Shown here: one piece after another, positions 28,655-38,087 of the stretch
Layout of the letters: the number at the start of each line of letters is the position of its first letter
How positions within the stretch are numbered: the first letter of the stretch is position 1
Source of the DNA: a virus
Lineage: Duplodnaviria > Caudoviricetes
DNA: 63,296 bases
Virus record (IMG/VR): IMGVR_UViG_3300001242_000003
Span: 1-63,296 of that record
Reading direction: 5' to 3' (one strand)
The notes under the pieces: model-generated
Seen by the model: the letters and a program-made list of their open reading frames with translations, nothing else
Told to the model about the DNA's origin: nothing
Databases searched by the model: none
Translations under genes and position numbers: made by a program

Positions 28655-29463
28655 GGGATGCTATTAAAAACGAAGTTAAAATAACAGCAAGCACTAAAAC
28701 TAACTTCGGTGAGCAGCTTGTTATCGAGCAAACTTTAAACAAGTTGTTTTATTTACCAGCTAAACCAAAGGAAGAACTATTAATGATAAAGTCTCAGTAT
28801 GAGCAAAAGAAAGGCGATAGGTATGGTTTGCATGCCAGTTCAATTATTGCTTCAGAAAAAGATTTTTGTTGTCGTGAGCAAGTTCTTAGCTTGTTTTATA
28901 AGCAAGTGCAGGGTGAAAACATCTCAGTTGGTTTAAAACGTATATTTGAAGAAGGAAACTTTGTTGGTGAAAAGTGGCAAAGATTATTTATACGCGGTGA
29001 ACTAGGTAATTATCTTGACATGGATAGAAGTTGTTTTCTGGACAAATATGATCTTAGCTATACACCTGACGCCATTATTACCATTGCTAAGAAAAAATAT
29101 GTAGTTGAAATAAAATCAATGAATACTTTTCAGTTCAAAAAAGCTACTACTCATCCATCAGGAATGAAGCAACTTAGATTTTACATGTTACTCACTAAGA
29201 TTCATAAAGGCTTTGTACTTGTTGAAGACAAAAATGACCAGAACTTTAAGATATTCACAGCCGAGCATAAAATGGCTGATGTTGCAGAATATATAGAGCG
29301 TTTAAAATTAATTCAAGAACATAAACAGAGCTTAATAAAGAACAAGAAAATGGTAAAAGGTATTTGTAGTGATAAAGATTGTAAACGTGCTTTAAAATGC
29401 AATATGCGTCCAGCTTGTTTTGGTTTACCTGGTGGAAGGGTAAAATTAGTTAAGAGCAATTAA
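28642..29463 (+). CDS. Cas4-like PD-(D/E)XK exonuclease
   Basis: TPDAII...VEIKS...QL.FY with N- and C-terminal Cys. Confidence 0.7.
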   Translation: MSMLRDAIKNEVKITASTKTNFGEQLVIEQTLNKLFYLPAKPKEELLMIKSQYEQKKGDRYGLHASSIIASEKDFCCREQVLSLFYKQVQGENISVGLKRIFEEGNFVGEKWQRLFIRGELGNYLDMDRSCFLDKYDLSYTPDAIITIAKKKYVVEIKSMNTFQFKKATTHPSGMKQLRFYMLLTKIHKGFVLVEDKNDQNFKIFTAEHKMADVAEYIERLKLIQEHKQSLIKNKKMVKGICSDKDCKRALKCNMRPACFGLPGGRVKLVKSN

Positions 29464-29526
29464 GAATACTTTTGAGCCTCTAGGTATATAATATTGCATA
29501 GTCTTATAATTAAGGGAGGTTATGCA

Positions 29527-29739
29527 ATGTCAATACCTAAAGGCAAACTAAAGCGTAAAGCTGTATTCTTCACAGCAGCTGACGAAGATATACTTAAATT
29601 AGCCAATAGTAAACCTAACTTTAGCGATTGGGTTAAAGCTAAGTTACGTGATGAAATGTTTGTTGATATGTTGTTAATAGAGCAGGAACAACCAATAGAA
29701 CAGCAAAAACAAAAAATAGTTTGGAATTTTCCGCATTAA
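29527..29739 (+). CDS. Small RHH-like DNA-binding protein
   Basis: AVFF...DEDIL...NFSDWVKAKLR; AGGGAGG RBS. Confidence 0.5.
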   Translation: MSIPKGKLKRKAVFFTAADEDILKLANSKPNFSDWVKAKLRDEMFVDMLLIEQEQPIEQQKQKIVWNFPH

Positions 29740-29742
29740 GTA

Positions 29743-29771
29743 TTTACAATTAGTTTTATATGTGTTATTAT
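29743..29771 (+). promoter_or_regulatory. SigA-type promoter TTTACA-N17-TATTAT
   Basis: Motif copy. Confidence 0.65.
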
Positions 29772-29819
29772 ATTCTCAGGTCAGGGAACCTGATACTTTA
29801 GCACCTCAGGGAGGAAATT

Positions 29820-30137
29820 ATGATGGGTAAATGTTGTTTATGTGGTAAAAGTTTTGAGTTAACTGATGATAACATGTGTTATTGCCCAGAATGCATCGAT
29901 AAACTGGAAGCAGCTCAGTTTTACGATAAAGATAAAAACTTCATTAATTTAACTAAGGGTGACATGGTAACATTGTCAAAGCAAGGCATAGCCAAATATC
30001 CAGATTTTAAAGATGTTCCGCTATTTGTCTCAAGTATTGATATTGATGGAATAATTCATGCTACTGATTTACTTGGCGTTCATTTATATTTTATTATTAA
30101 AGATGTTAATCCATACTTTGAAGGCCAAGAAGTTTAG
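29820..30137 (+). CDS. Hypothetical protein with N-terminal Zn ribbon
   Basis: CCLC...CPEC; GGGAGG RBS. Confidence 0.65.
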   Translation: MMGKCCLCGKSFELTDDNMCYCPECIDKLEAAQFYDKDKNFINLTKGDMVTLSKQGIAKYPDFKDVPLFVSSIDIDGIIHATDLLGVHLYFIIKDVNPYFEGQEV

Positions 30138-30275
30138 TCAACTATATCGGTTAGTGGTTATCCGTTAAAACCACATCGGAGGGTATACATGATTATTAAA
30201 ATAATATTTATAGTAACAGTAATATTAGCTATACTTAACTTAATATTGTACAATATAAAAAGGTAGTGTGTTTTT

Positions 30276-30961
30276 ATGCGTTTATGGCATGAAAAATTAA
30301 TTCCAATATTACCAAGTGCCCAACTTAACGGACAACATCAAGAATGTTGCGCTTTAAGGGGCAATGGGTGGGGTAAAAAACATAGCACTGTTAATTATGT
30401 GTTTAATCACAGTCCATTGGTGTCGCTGCTTTTTATTATGTTCGGTTTTTCTCTGGCCCGGAAGGGTGCACTGTTTAGCTTGGCGTTGTATGTGGTGGTG
30501 CAGGTATTGGGCGCATCATTAAAATAGGGAGGGGTTATCGTGAGTAGAAATATTGACGATGCTATAAGCTGTCTAAAAGGATTAAGGCCTAAGTCTGGCG
30601 CGGACAAAAAGAAAATACAAAAGAAAATAAAAGAATTGCAGTCACTTAAAAAATAAAAACCGCCGAAGGTAATGAAAGAAAGGTTTAACAGGGGTTATAA
30701 AGTAGATGAGCGGTGGCTAAATGAATGTTACAGGGGTAAAGTATGTATAAGCCATATGAATCACTCACAATTATTGCTAATTGGTGTTATGAAGAGCATA
30801 ATAATGATTACCTTATGGAATGTATTTATAACTTGCTTGCTAAGCTTATACGCCAACTTGACAAGCCTCAGCTATATGCATTCTTAAATAACTTAGTCAG
30901 TATAGGCTTAGATAAGTCAATAGTAAAAGCAATTTATATTAAAGTTAAGGAGGCTAAATAG
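30276..30961 (+). pseudogene. Disrupted TIGR02328-family (pyrimidine-dimer glycosylase-like) gene
   Basis: MRLWH...GQH.ECCALRGNGWGKKH..V.YVF.HSP, then a ~250 bp foreign insert, then RGY.V...W....YRGK.C, then a 2-bp frameshift to Y.EHN..YL.EC..NL. Confidence 0.75.
30540..30656 (+). CDS. 38-aa basic peptide inside the insert
   Basis: GGGAGGGG RBS, GTG start, MSRNIDDAISCLKGLRPKSG...LKK*. Confidence 0.5.
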   Translation: MSRNIDDAISCLKGLRPKSGADKKKIQKKIKELQSLKK

Positions 30962-31203
30962 TGTCAGCAGTTATCATTAAATGCTACTCAATGAAGTTCC
31001 CGCAAATGAAATTAACAGTTGAAGAAGTAAGCTTAATGTCAGGGTTATCAAGCGCCAGCGTAAGACAATATATACGCAAAGGCATACTTAAAGCAAACAA
31101 GATTGGTAGCTTAAGAACTTCTCCATATTTGGTAAATTTCAAAGATGTTATTACCTTCATGAAAGTTCTTAGGTTTAAAAAGAAACACGGATTAGCCCGC
31201 TAA
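30961..31203 (+). CDS. Excisionase/MerR-like HTH protein
   Basis: LTVEEVS...GLS..SVRQYIRKG.LKA.KIG. Confidence 0.75.
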   Translation: MSAVIIKCYSMKFPQMKLTVEEVSLMSGLSSASVRQYIRKGILKANKIGSLRTSPYLVNFKDVITFMKVLRFKKKHGLAR

Positions 31204-31226
31204 CAAGCGGGTTTATTTATTTTTTT
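31196..31226 (+). terminator. Rho-independent terminator
   Basis: CCCGCT-AACA-AGCGGG plus T tract. Confidence 0.7.
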
Positions 31227-31239
31227 AGGAGGTTTTAGT

Positions 31240-31392
31240 ATGCCAGATAGAAGTTGTCATGGGTGGAAGCTTAAAGATAATTATGAGCCAAAGCCAATGG
31301 AAAAAGTTATCGCTAAATGTTGTGGTGTCTGCAAATATTATTGCCCTGTGTATTGTTGCAAACATCCTTTATATAAGCCATGCAAAGACTAA
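31240..31392 (+). CDS. Small Cys-rich protein (50 aa)
   Basis: AGGAGG RBS; CCGVCKYYC. Confidence 0.5.
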   Translation: MPDRSCHGWKLKDNYEPKPMEKVIAKCCGVCKYYCPVYCCKHPLYKPCKD

Positions 31393-32231
31393 CTACTATT
31401 ATCAATATAAACTTAACTAAGCAGCCGTATGACGTTTATATAGGCCGTGGAAGCTTGTTTGGTAATCCGTTTTATATAGGAGTCCATGGCAATCGTAAAG
31501 AAGTAATAGAGTTATACAAACAATACATACTAAATAGCCCTGAACTACTCAAAGCTGCTAAAGCACTAAAAGGAAAAGTATTAGGCTGCCATTGTAAACC
31601 TGCTCCCTGCCATGGTGATATACTTGTAAATATAGCGAATGGAGTTTTAAAAGTGTATAATAAATTAATTATTGGCATTGATCAAAGTTACACCCGTACC
31701 GGCATTGCTATAGCTGCTGATGGTAAGCTATTAAAGGTTAGTAGCTTAGCCTTCAAAGGCCTTCATAGCCCCACAGAGAAGCGTAAACATCTAACTAATG
31801 TACTAACCCGTATACTTGACCTTAACGCTCACAAGGCTTCTGAGTGCTATGTCATATGCGAGCGTATAAGAACTTTTTCACACAACAACAATGATAATAG
31901 TCAAAATCAAATGTTTATTAGCACTAATTATATTAAGTCAGCTGGCGCTTTAGTAGCTACTATTGTAGATGTTGCTAATAGTTATGGTGTTAAAGTTTAT
32001 AGCGCAGACACAAGAAGTTGGAAAGCTCAAATTGTTGGTACAAGTAAAGCCAGTCAGTCCGGTAACAAAAAACTTGCTACTATTAAGCATGTTATAAATT
32101 TAGGTTTTAGCTCCAGTGTTACCTCAGTTAACAGAAATGGTAAAACTGTTTATGACGATGATGCCTGCGACGCTGCTTGTATTGCTCTATATGGCTTCCA
32201 CAAGAACCAGAAGTTGAAAATAGAGAAGTAA
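31380..32231 (+). CDS. DUF4326 domain fused to RuvC-like nuclease
   Basis: DVYIGR.S.FGNPF...LGC.C.P.PCHGD; then IIGIDQS...ICE...DD.CDA. Confidence 0.75.
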   Translation: MQRLTTIININLTKQPYDVYIGRGSLFGNPFYIGVHGNRKEVIELYKQYILNSPELLKAAKALKGKVLGCHCKPAPCHGDILVNIANGVLKVYNKLIIGIDQSYTRTGIAIAADGKLLKVSSLAFKGLHSPTEKRKHLTNVLTRILDLNAHKASECYVICERIRTFSHNNNDNSQNQMFISTNYIKSAGALVATIVDVANSYGVKVYSADTRSWKAQIVGTSKASQSGNKKLATIKHVINLGFSSSVTSVNRNGKTVYDDDACDAACIALYGFHKNQKLKIEK

Positions 32232-32541
32232 GTTTTTATACCAAGCGTAAAATCAGAAATTGTTCTAATTTGAACCACAAGCGCTTTAAACCATTACCAC
32301 TTATATGTAAGAAGCAAAATAGCTAAATTGTTTTAATGGTAATAATTCTGAATCGGATTCCGAGAAATCAAGAAATATAAATTTGAACTCACTTGCTGGA
32401 ACATTGTAGACAGAGTTCTTGAGCGGATAAAAACAAGCAAAAGCAAAACTTCCAGAAAAACGTGTTAAACCCCTTATAGATCTTATATTTATATAATATA
32501 TAAATAAGTTTTGCTTGGTATAAAATATTTACTAAAAGCTA

Positions 32542-32570
32542 TTTACAAACTTATTTGTTTAGTGTATAAT
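32542..32570 (+). promoter_or_regulatory. SigA-type promoter TTTACA-N17-TATAAT
   Basis: Exact motif. Confidence 0.75.
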
Positions 32571-32617
32571 AGGAATTGTTAAACAAATTAACTTAGTAGC
32601 CGAGAGGAGCAAATAAA

Positions 32618-33403
32618 ATGGCAGAATATAAAAAGCAACACTTTAACAGTTTGGGTGAGTTTTATAACTATATAAGCATAACTAAAGAAAATAGTGTATT
32701 TGAAGGTAAAACTCTTACTTCGCTTGATACTTCAGAATGGTCTAAAGGGTTTACACTTACTAATAGTTTTGAGACAGCAGTTGAATTAATGCGGAATGGT
32801 TGGTCAGAAATGGCTAAAGATATTGAAGGTAAATTGCAAGCTAAAATTAAAAATATAAGCAATAAATCAACTCAGCGCTCTGTTTATGATGTAGTAGGTG
32901 GCAATTGTTCTGTGCCAAGATATTTACAGGGTGTACCAACTAACATGATAAACAAAAAAAGAGTAGTGCAAAAGCAAAAAGTTGTTACGCTAAATAAGTT
33001 CATCAACTATAGTGCTAGTGCAAGCACAGAACAAATAGTTGATGAAAGTGTAAAAGCATTGATAATAGTAAGGGAAATTGAAGCAGCAGGAATCAGAGTA
33101 AACTTAAATATAGTTCTTGAAGCGCAAAGTGGCAATGAAATAGCTTCACTTTCGATAAGAATTAAAAATGCTTCTGAAAGGCTTAATGTATCGAAAGTAG
33201 CTTTTCCATTAGTGCATCCTTCGATGCTGAGAAGGTTATCATTTAGGTGGATGGAAGTTTCATCAGTGATAACAGAAAAAGGTTTTATAGGTGGATATGG
33301 TTCACCGCTAAATGAAAGGAAATCAAAAGAGTATATGAACAAAAATGAAATTATGTTACCAAGTTTTATAAGAAGCGTTGAAGAGGTTGTAGCTAGTATT
33401 TAA
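32618..33403 (+). CDS. vWA-like partner of MoxR AAA ATPase
   Basis: DVVG...VP.YL.G.P.NM...HPSMLRR.. pattern; adjacent to the AAA gene. Confidence 0.55.
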   Translation: MAEYKKQHFNSLGEFYNYISITKENSVFEGKTLTSLDTSEWSKGFTLTNSFETAVELMRNGWSEMAKDIEGKLQAKIKNISNKSTQRSVYDVVGGNCSVPRYLQGVPTNMINKKRVVQKQKVVTLNKFINYSASASTEQIVDESVKALIIVREIEAAGIRVNLNIVLEAQSGNEIASLSIRIKNASERLNVSKVAFPLVHPSMLRRLSFRWMEVSSVITEKGFIGGYGSPLNERKSKEYMNKNEIMLPSFIRSVEEVVASI

Positions 33404-33441
33404 AAGTTTTTAAATTATTTTTAAAACTTTGCAAAAGGGGG

Positions 33442-33470
33442 TTTACAACCTCCTATTTTTGCTGTATAAT
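33442..33470 (+). promoter_or_regulatory. SigA-type promoter TTTACA-N17-TATAAT
   Basis: Exact motif. Confidence 0.7.
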
Positions 33471-33540
33471 TATAAATGTCAGCAGGGAATAATACATAGC
33501 AAGTAAAAATTAGTGCTAGAGAATAGAGGAGGAGCAAAAA

Positions 33541-34641
33541 ATGAGAAAAGTAACAGTAATGAGCACTGAAAGTAAAGTTTTAAGCATAGCGAAGAGTTTT
33601 AAATTTGAAGGCTGTGTAATGGTAACCCCGAAAGCTAGTCCGGATAAGCTTGTAAAACGCAACTACTACTTGGATAAAGTTTCTGGAAAACAATATTGCT
33701 ACTTTTCAGGCGATATCTACAGCTTCAAACTAAACACAGGAAGTAGCTTGGAAGCTTACGACATTGAGTATGAAGGCAGATATAGCGGAGATGCTGGAAG
33801 TTGGAGCAAAGGAAAAGCTGAAACACCGAAAAAAGTTCCGGCAGTTGTTGTAGAAGTTCCAAAAGCACATAAGGTTGTAGTTGAAACTGAAGGTGTTAAA
33901 CATGCTAAATATCAGCAAATACTAACCTGTGTAAGCGTAGATATTCCAGTTTACCTTTACGGCCCAGCAGGAAGCGGTAAAAACCACACTTTGCAACAAA
34001 TAGCTGAAAGCTTAGGGTTAGACTTCTACTTCACAAATTCAGTGCAACAAGAATATAAAATCACAGGCTTCGTTGATGCGGGTGGTAAATATCATGAAAC
34101 AGAATTCTACAAAGCATTTGTTAACGGAGGATTATTCTTCCTAGACGAAATGGATGCAAGTATCCCGGAAGTTTTGGTCTTGTTAAATGCAGCTTTGGCA
34201 AACAAATACTTTGAGTTTCCAAATGGCAAAGTGAATGCTCACAAAGACTTCAGAGTAGTAGCAGCTGGAAACACTGTAGGCAATGGTGCAGATGAACAAT
34301 ATACAGGGCGTCTGCAATTGGACCAAGCAACATTAGACAGATTCGTATTGATAGAATTTGACTACGACGAAAACATTGAGCTTGCACTTGCTAAGGGCAA
34401 CACTGAATTGGTTGAATTTGTTAGAGGACTTCGTAAACAAGCTTCAGAAAAAGGAATACGGGCTACATTCTCATATCGCTGTATAATCACAGTAACAAAG
34501 TTGGAAGGCAAAATGGAACTTAAGGAAATAATAGCGATCGGAATAATGAAGGGTTTTGATAAAGACACTGTAAACACCTTCGAAACTGACAGAACTAACA
34601 AATATAGCCAAGCATTATTTGCACTAAAAAAAGGAGCCTAA
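33541..34641 (+). CDS. MoxR/CbbQ-type AAA+ ATPase
   Basis: GPAGSGK, FLDEMD, HKDFRVVAAGNT, LDQATLDRF. Confidence 0.85.
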   Translation: MRKVTVMSTESKVLSIAKSFKFEGCVMVTPKASPDKLVKRNYYLDKVSGKQYCYFSGDIYSFKLNTGSSLEAYDIEYEGRYSGDAGSWSKGKAETPKKVPAVVVEVPKAHKVVVETEGVKHAKYQQILTCVSVDIPVYLYGPAGSGKNHTLQQIAESLGLDFYFTNSVQQEYKITGFVDAGGKYHETEFYKAFVNGGLFFLDEMDASIPEVLVLLNAALANKYFEFPNGKVNAHKDFRVVAAGNTVGNGADEQYTGRLQLDQATLDRFVLIEFDYDENIELALAKGNTELVEFVRGLRKQASEKGIRATFSYRCIITVTKLEGKMELKEIIAIGIMKGFDKDTVNTFETDRTNKYSQALFALKKGA

Positions 34642-34652
34642 GGGCTCCTTTT
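34631..34652 (+). terminator. Rho-independent terminator
   Basis: AAGGAGCC-TAAG-GGCTCCTT TT. Confidence 0.75.
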
Positions 34653-34742
34653 ACCTTTGCATAAGTAGCCTTGTAAAGCTCCTGAAGGCTCAAGGCCAAG
34701 CGTTAAACATTAAGCAAATGGTTCTTATAGGAGGTTGTTAAA

Positions 34743-34910
34743 GTGGATAAAATAAGCCAGGAAGCAAATTCGCTTGCTTACAAAATTCCGTATAAATTAC
34801 TAAGGGAAATAATATATCAGTTAGGAGCAGGAAGCGCTACGGAAAGAGCAAACTTGGCTAGTGATCTTGAAAAGCTAGTTTCCGACGCTATAATTTCTGA
34901 TGCTAAGTAG
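34743..34910 (+). CDS. Small hypothetical protein (55 aa)
   Basis: AGGAGG RBS, GTG start; not in ORF track. Confidence 0.5.
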   Translation: MDKISQEANSLAYKIPYKLLREIIYQLGAGSATERANLASDLEKLVSDAIISDAK

Positions 34911-34997
34911 CGTAATATTTGATTTGCTCGTGATAATAGTTTTCCTTGTGTTAACAATGTTAGCTGAAAAAGAATAAAACTATTTTAGTCAAGGCTA

Positions 34998-35026
34998 TTT
35001 ACAAACTTCCATGGATTTGTTATAAT
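34998..35026 (+). promoter_or_regulatory. SigA-type promoter TTTACA-N17-TATAAT
   Basis: Exact motif. Confidence 0.75.
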
Positions 35027-35049
35027 TAACTTAGTTAAAAAAATAGTTC

Positions 35050-35568
35050 TTGAGAGGAGAATGTACAATGGGCAATATAGCTGGGTTATTATTGGTAGAT
35101 GGTAAACTACAGCTTGGAACGCATAATCATAATACTGAAGAGGAAGCGCAAAAACACCTAGAAAGACATTATGAAATGAATAAACAAAATTATGCTAACC
35201 GAAATCTTTTTGGTAAACCTGAAATTTTTGTAGGTAATGAGGCTAAAAATAAAATGTGGGAAAGAGAGTATAATAAATTATCTGACGATTATAAATGGCT
35301 TATGGGTGTAATAGTTGGTGATGAAATGATAGAGCTTGATTTATATCAACGTAAGCCAGTACAGAAAATAATGGATATAGTGATTTACAGATTGTTTAAA
35401 GAGGGGTTCGGAAAAACTTGTACAAGGTGTGGCGGTACCGGAGAATATAGCTTCAATCGTATGGATGGTACTAGATGCTTTAAATGCCATGGTAACAAAT
35501 TTATAGTGCCTAAATTAACTAAAAAGCTTAAAAAGCAAATAGCAGAGCATTTTAACCAGATGATTTAA
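35050..35568 (+). CDS. Hypothetical protein with DnaJ-like Zn finger
   Basis: CTRCGGTG...CFKCHG. Confidence 0.65.
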   Translation: MRGECTMGNIAGLLLVDGKLQLGTHNHNTEEEAQKHLERHYEMNKQNYANRNLFGKPEIFVGNEAKNKMWEREYNKLSDDYKWLMGVIVGDEMIELDLYQRKPVQKIMDIVIYRLFKEGFGKTCTRCGGTGEYSFNRMDGTRCFKCHGNKFIVPKLTKKLKKQIAEHFNQMI

Positions 35569-35590
35569 CCCTCAAGTGAGGGTTTTATTT
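35567..35590 (+). terminator. Rho-independent terminator
   Basis: AACCCTCA-AG-TGAGGGTT TTATTT. Confidence 0.65.
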
Positions 35591-35611
35591 ATTTGTAAAT
35601 GAGGTTAAACA

Positions 35612-35929
35612 ATGAAGTTTAATAATTCATATTGGACGCCTAAAACTAAAATACAGCTATTGCAGCGCTGGGTGTTAATTCACAGTATAATTTATTATCG
35701 CTTAAATACTTCCGTTATTTCAGATGCTATGTATGATAATAACTGCAAGCAACTTGTTAGAGCTATAGAAAAGCAGCCGGAAGCTTTTAAGCAAACAAAA
35801 TACTATTATGTATTTAAAGGGTTTACGGGTGAAACTGGTTTTGATTTATATAGTAAGCTAAAGCAGCCCGATAAATCCAAGTTACAACAACAGGCTGAAT
35901 ATTTGGTGTATAAGTTTGGAGGGCGTTAA
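35612..35929 (+). CDS. Stand-alone NAD-dependent DNA ligase domain Ia-like protein
   Basis: HSIIYY...S.ISDA.YD motif without an adenylation domain. Confidence 0.65.
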   Translation: MKFNNSYWTPKTKIQLLQRWVLIHSIIYYRLNTSVISDAMYDNNCKQLVRAIEKQPEAFKQTKYYYVFKGFTGETGFDLYSKLKQPDKSKLQQQAEYLVYKFGGR

Positions 35930-35931
35930 TA

Positions 35932-36402
35932 GTGGCTAAAAGACCAATGAAATTTTACTTTAAGAACGAAAGAGAAGTTATGTTGGATTTAGGTTTAAAG
36001 CCCGCAAAAGGCTCTGGTAGTGGGTGGATAGAAAAAGAAGATGGTGAAAATGATTATGTTTTAGCTCAATTAAAAAGCACTGATGCTAACAGCATAAGAA
36101 TAAGAATGCTGGATATTGAAAAACTTGAAGCTCATGCTAATACAAGCCACAAAATACCAGTATTTATAGTTCAATTCTTAAAATCAGGTGATTTATTTTT
36201 TATGGCTAGGCCGTTAGACTTACCAGCTTTAGCTAAATATATTGAAACAGGTAAATGTAAAGCAGTTAGTTCCATAGAAATTGAGGACAAGCCAGTTAAT
36301 AAACCGACTAAGGTAATAAGTTCCGGCAGTAAAAATAGGAGCAAATTTTGGAATGAAAAAGCTGAGCAGCGGGAGAAGGTGAAGCAAAAGTGGCGGAAGT
36401 AA
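35932..36402 (+). CDS. PD-(D/E)XK nuclease / resolvase-like protein
   Basis: E.EV...GSGSG...KEDG....L.QLKST. Confidence 0.55.
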   Translation: MAKRPMKFYFKNEREVMLDLGLKPAKGSGSGWIEKEDGENDYVLAQLKSTDANSIRIRMLDIEKLEAHANTSHKIPVFIVQFLKSGDLFFMARPLDLPALAKYIETGKCKAVSSIEIEDKPVNKPTKVISSGSKNRSKFWNEKAEQREKVKQKWRK

Positions 36403-36761
36403 GAAAAGTAGATATTAAAACAGTTTGCAAGTATAATGGCCATAGTATTAAAGCAAATGAGGCAGTTGATCTCTCATTGAAGTTCGGATATGATCAACTT
36501 GTAAACTACATACAATTGGTTCAGCTGTTGAATGAAAATATTAATATTATTTCAAAAATAGGCGATAGCAAGCCTATAAAGCTTGGAATATATACGCTGA
36601 AAGAAGTTAAGATTGATAATGACGGTGAAGCGGTTATAAAGTTTAATAGTACACTTAGCTATGTAGAAGCTGACAATTTAAACAAGTTAGCTGGTGAGAT
36701 GCTTAAAGTGCGCTTTAAGGCTGACGTAGAAATAGAAAATGATGGAGAGGATGAAGATTGA
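36390..36761 (+). CDS. Hypothetical protein
   Basis: Coupled ORF. Confidence 0.65.
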   Translation: MAEVRKVDIKTVCKYNGHSIKANEAVDLSLKFGYDQLVNYIQLVQLLNENINIISKIGDSKPIKLGIYTLKEVKIDNDGEAVIKFNSTLSYVEADNLNKLAGEMLKVRFKADVEIENDGEDED

Positions 36762-37588
36762 GCAAAGCTGATAATATGTTCATTAAAATGTGCAGGGATA
36801 TTCTTTCAAATGGAATTAGCTCAGAAGGTGAACAGGTAAGGCCAAAATGGGAGGATGGAACTTCAGCTCATACTATTAAAAAGTTTTGTGTTGTTAACAG
36901 GTATGACTTATCAAATGAATTTCCTATACTTACTTTAAGGCCTACTAATTTAGAAGCTGCAATTGACGAACTGCTTTGGATATGGCAGAAGAAATCAAAT
37001 AATATTAAGAATCTTGGCAGTAGTATTTGGGATAGTTGGGCTAATGAAGATGGCTCGATAGGAAAAGCGTATGGATATCAGTTGGGTATTAAGCATGAAT
37101 ACCCAGAAGGATTATTTGACCAAGTTGACAGAGTATTGTATGATTTAAAGCATAATTCCTATAGTAGAAGGATTATAGTGAATATGTACAACCACAATGA
37201 CCTACATGAAATGAACTTATATCCTTGTGCATATAGTATGACATTTAATGTTACCGGTAAGAAACTTAATGCGATACTAAATCAGCGATCACAAGATGTT
37301 TTAGTTGCAAATAACTGGAATGTATCCCAGTACGCTATATTAATTCATATGTTCGCACAAGTAAGCGATCTTGAAGTTGGCGAATTTGTTCATGTTATTG
37401 CCGATGCTCATATTTATGATAGGCATGTTCCGCTTGTGAAAGAGCTTATTCAGAGAACTTCATTTCCAGCTCCGAGACTAAAAATAAATGTAAGTGTAAA
37501 AGATTTTTATCAATTTAAAGTAGATGATTTTATGCTTAAAGATTATAAGCACGGAATGCAGATTAAAAATATTTCAGTAGCTATTTAA
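36758..37588 (+). CDS. thyA: Thymidylate synthase (canonical)
   Basis: SRRI, L.PC, QRSQD...NWN (Asn at the specificity site), DAHIY. Confidence 0.93.
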   Translation: MSKADNMFIKMCRDILSNGISSEGEQVRPKWEDGTSAHTIKKFCVVNRYDLSNEFPILTLRPTNLEAAIDELLWIWQKKSNNIKNLGSSIWDSWANEDGSIGKAYGYQLGIKHEYPEGLFDQVDRVLYDLKHNSYSRRIIVNMYNHNDLHEMNLYPCAYSMTFNVTGKKLNAILNQRSQDVLVANNWNVSQYAILIHMFAQVSDLEVGEFVHVIADAHIYDRHVPLVKELIQRTSFPAPRLKINVSVKDFYQFKVDDFMLKDYKHGMQIKNISVAI

Positions 37589-37620
37589 TATTAAGCATAT
37601 TATAGGAAGGTGAATAACAA

Positions 37621-37878
37621 ATGCGATTAAATGTTTATCAGCTTAGAGAAAAAGGCAAAGAATTCTGCCAAACGGAAGGTTCCGAACATTATAAAAGTAG
37701 CGGAGTTGAGCCAATTGATCTAATGGTTTCAAAAGGCGCCATTGAAGGATTTTGTGTTGGCAATATTATTAAGTACGCAGCTAGGTTCAACAAAACAAGA
37801 AATCTAGAAGATATTAAAAAGATCAGTGATTATGCTCATATACTTGCTGGGGTTGAGCTTGCAAAACAAGAGGAATAA
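37621..37878 (+). CDS. DUF3310 / T7 gp1.7-like nucleotide kinase-family protein
   Basis: HY...VEPID...FC.GNIIKY..R...EDI.K. Confidence 0.75.
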   Translation: MRLNVYQLREKGKEFCQTEGSEHYKSSGVEPIDLMVSKGAIEGFCVGNIIKYAARFNKTRNLEDIKKISDYAHILAGVELAKQEE

Positions 37879-38087
37879 GAGGAACGAGAGCTTAAGCGCC
37901 TTGAATTAATTAAAGCTTATGAATGTAACAAATTGCTACAAACTGTTGAAAAACAATAGCGCTTGATATAAGCTAACCTAGAGCTGTATAATGGCATTGT
38001 AAAAGGCTAATAGCTTTTTTAAATTGCGGTAAAAATAGCTCAAATTAAACTTTATTCAAATTTAGTTAAAAATATTACTAAAAAGTA

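Noticed and set aside
30961-31203. Excisionase implying a temperate lifestyle
   Set aside because: No integrase or repressor found; this HTH family is often regulatory.
32232-32540. AT-rich intergenic region as replication origin
   Set aside because: No iterons or DnaA-box cluster recognised; insufficient support.
32936-32944. CCAACTAAC core match
   Set aside because: Inside a conserved coding motif (PTNM) with no right arm or shared flanks; likely chance.
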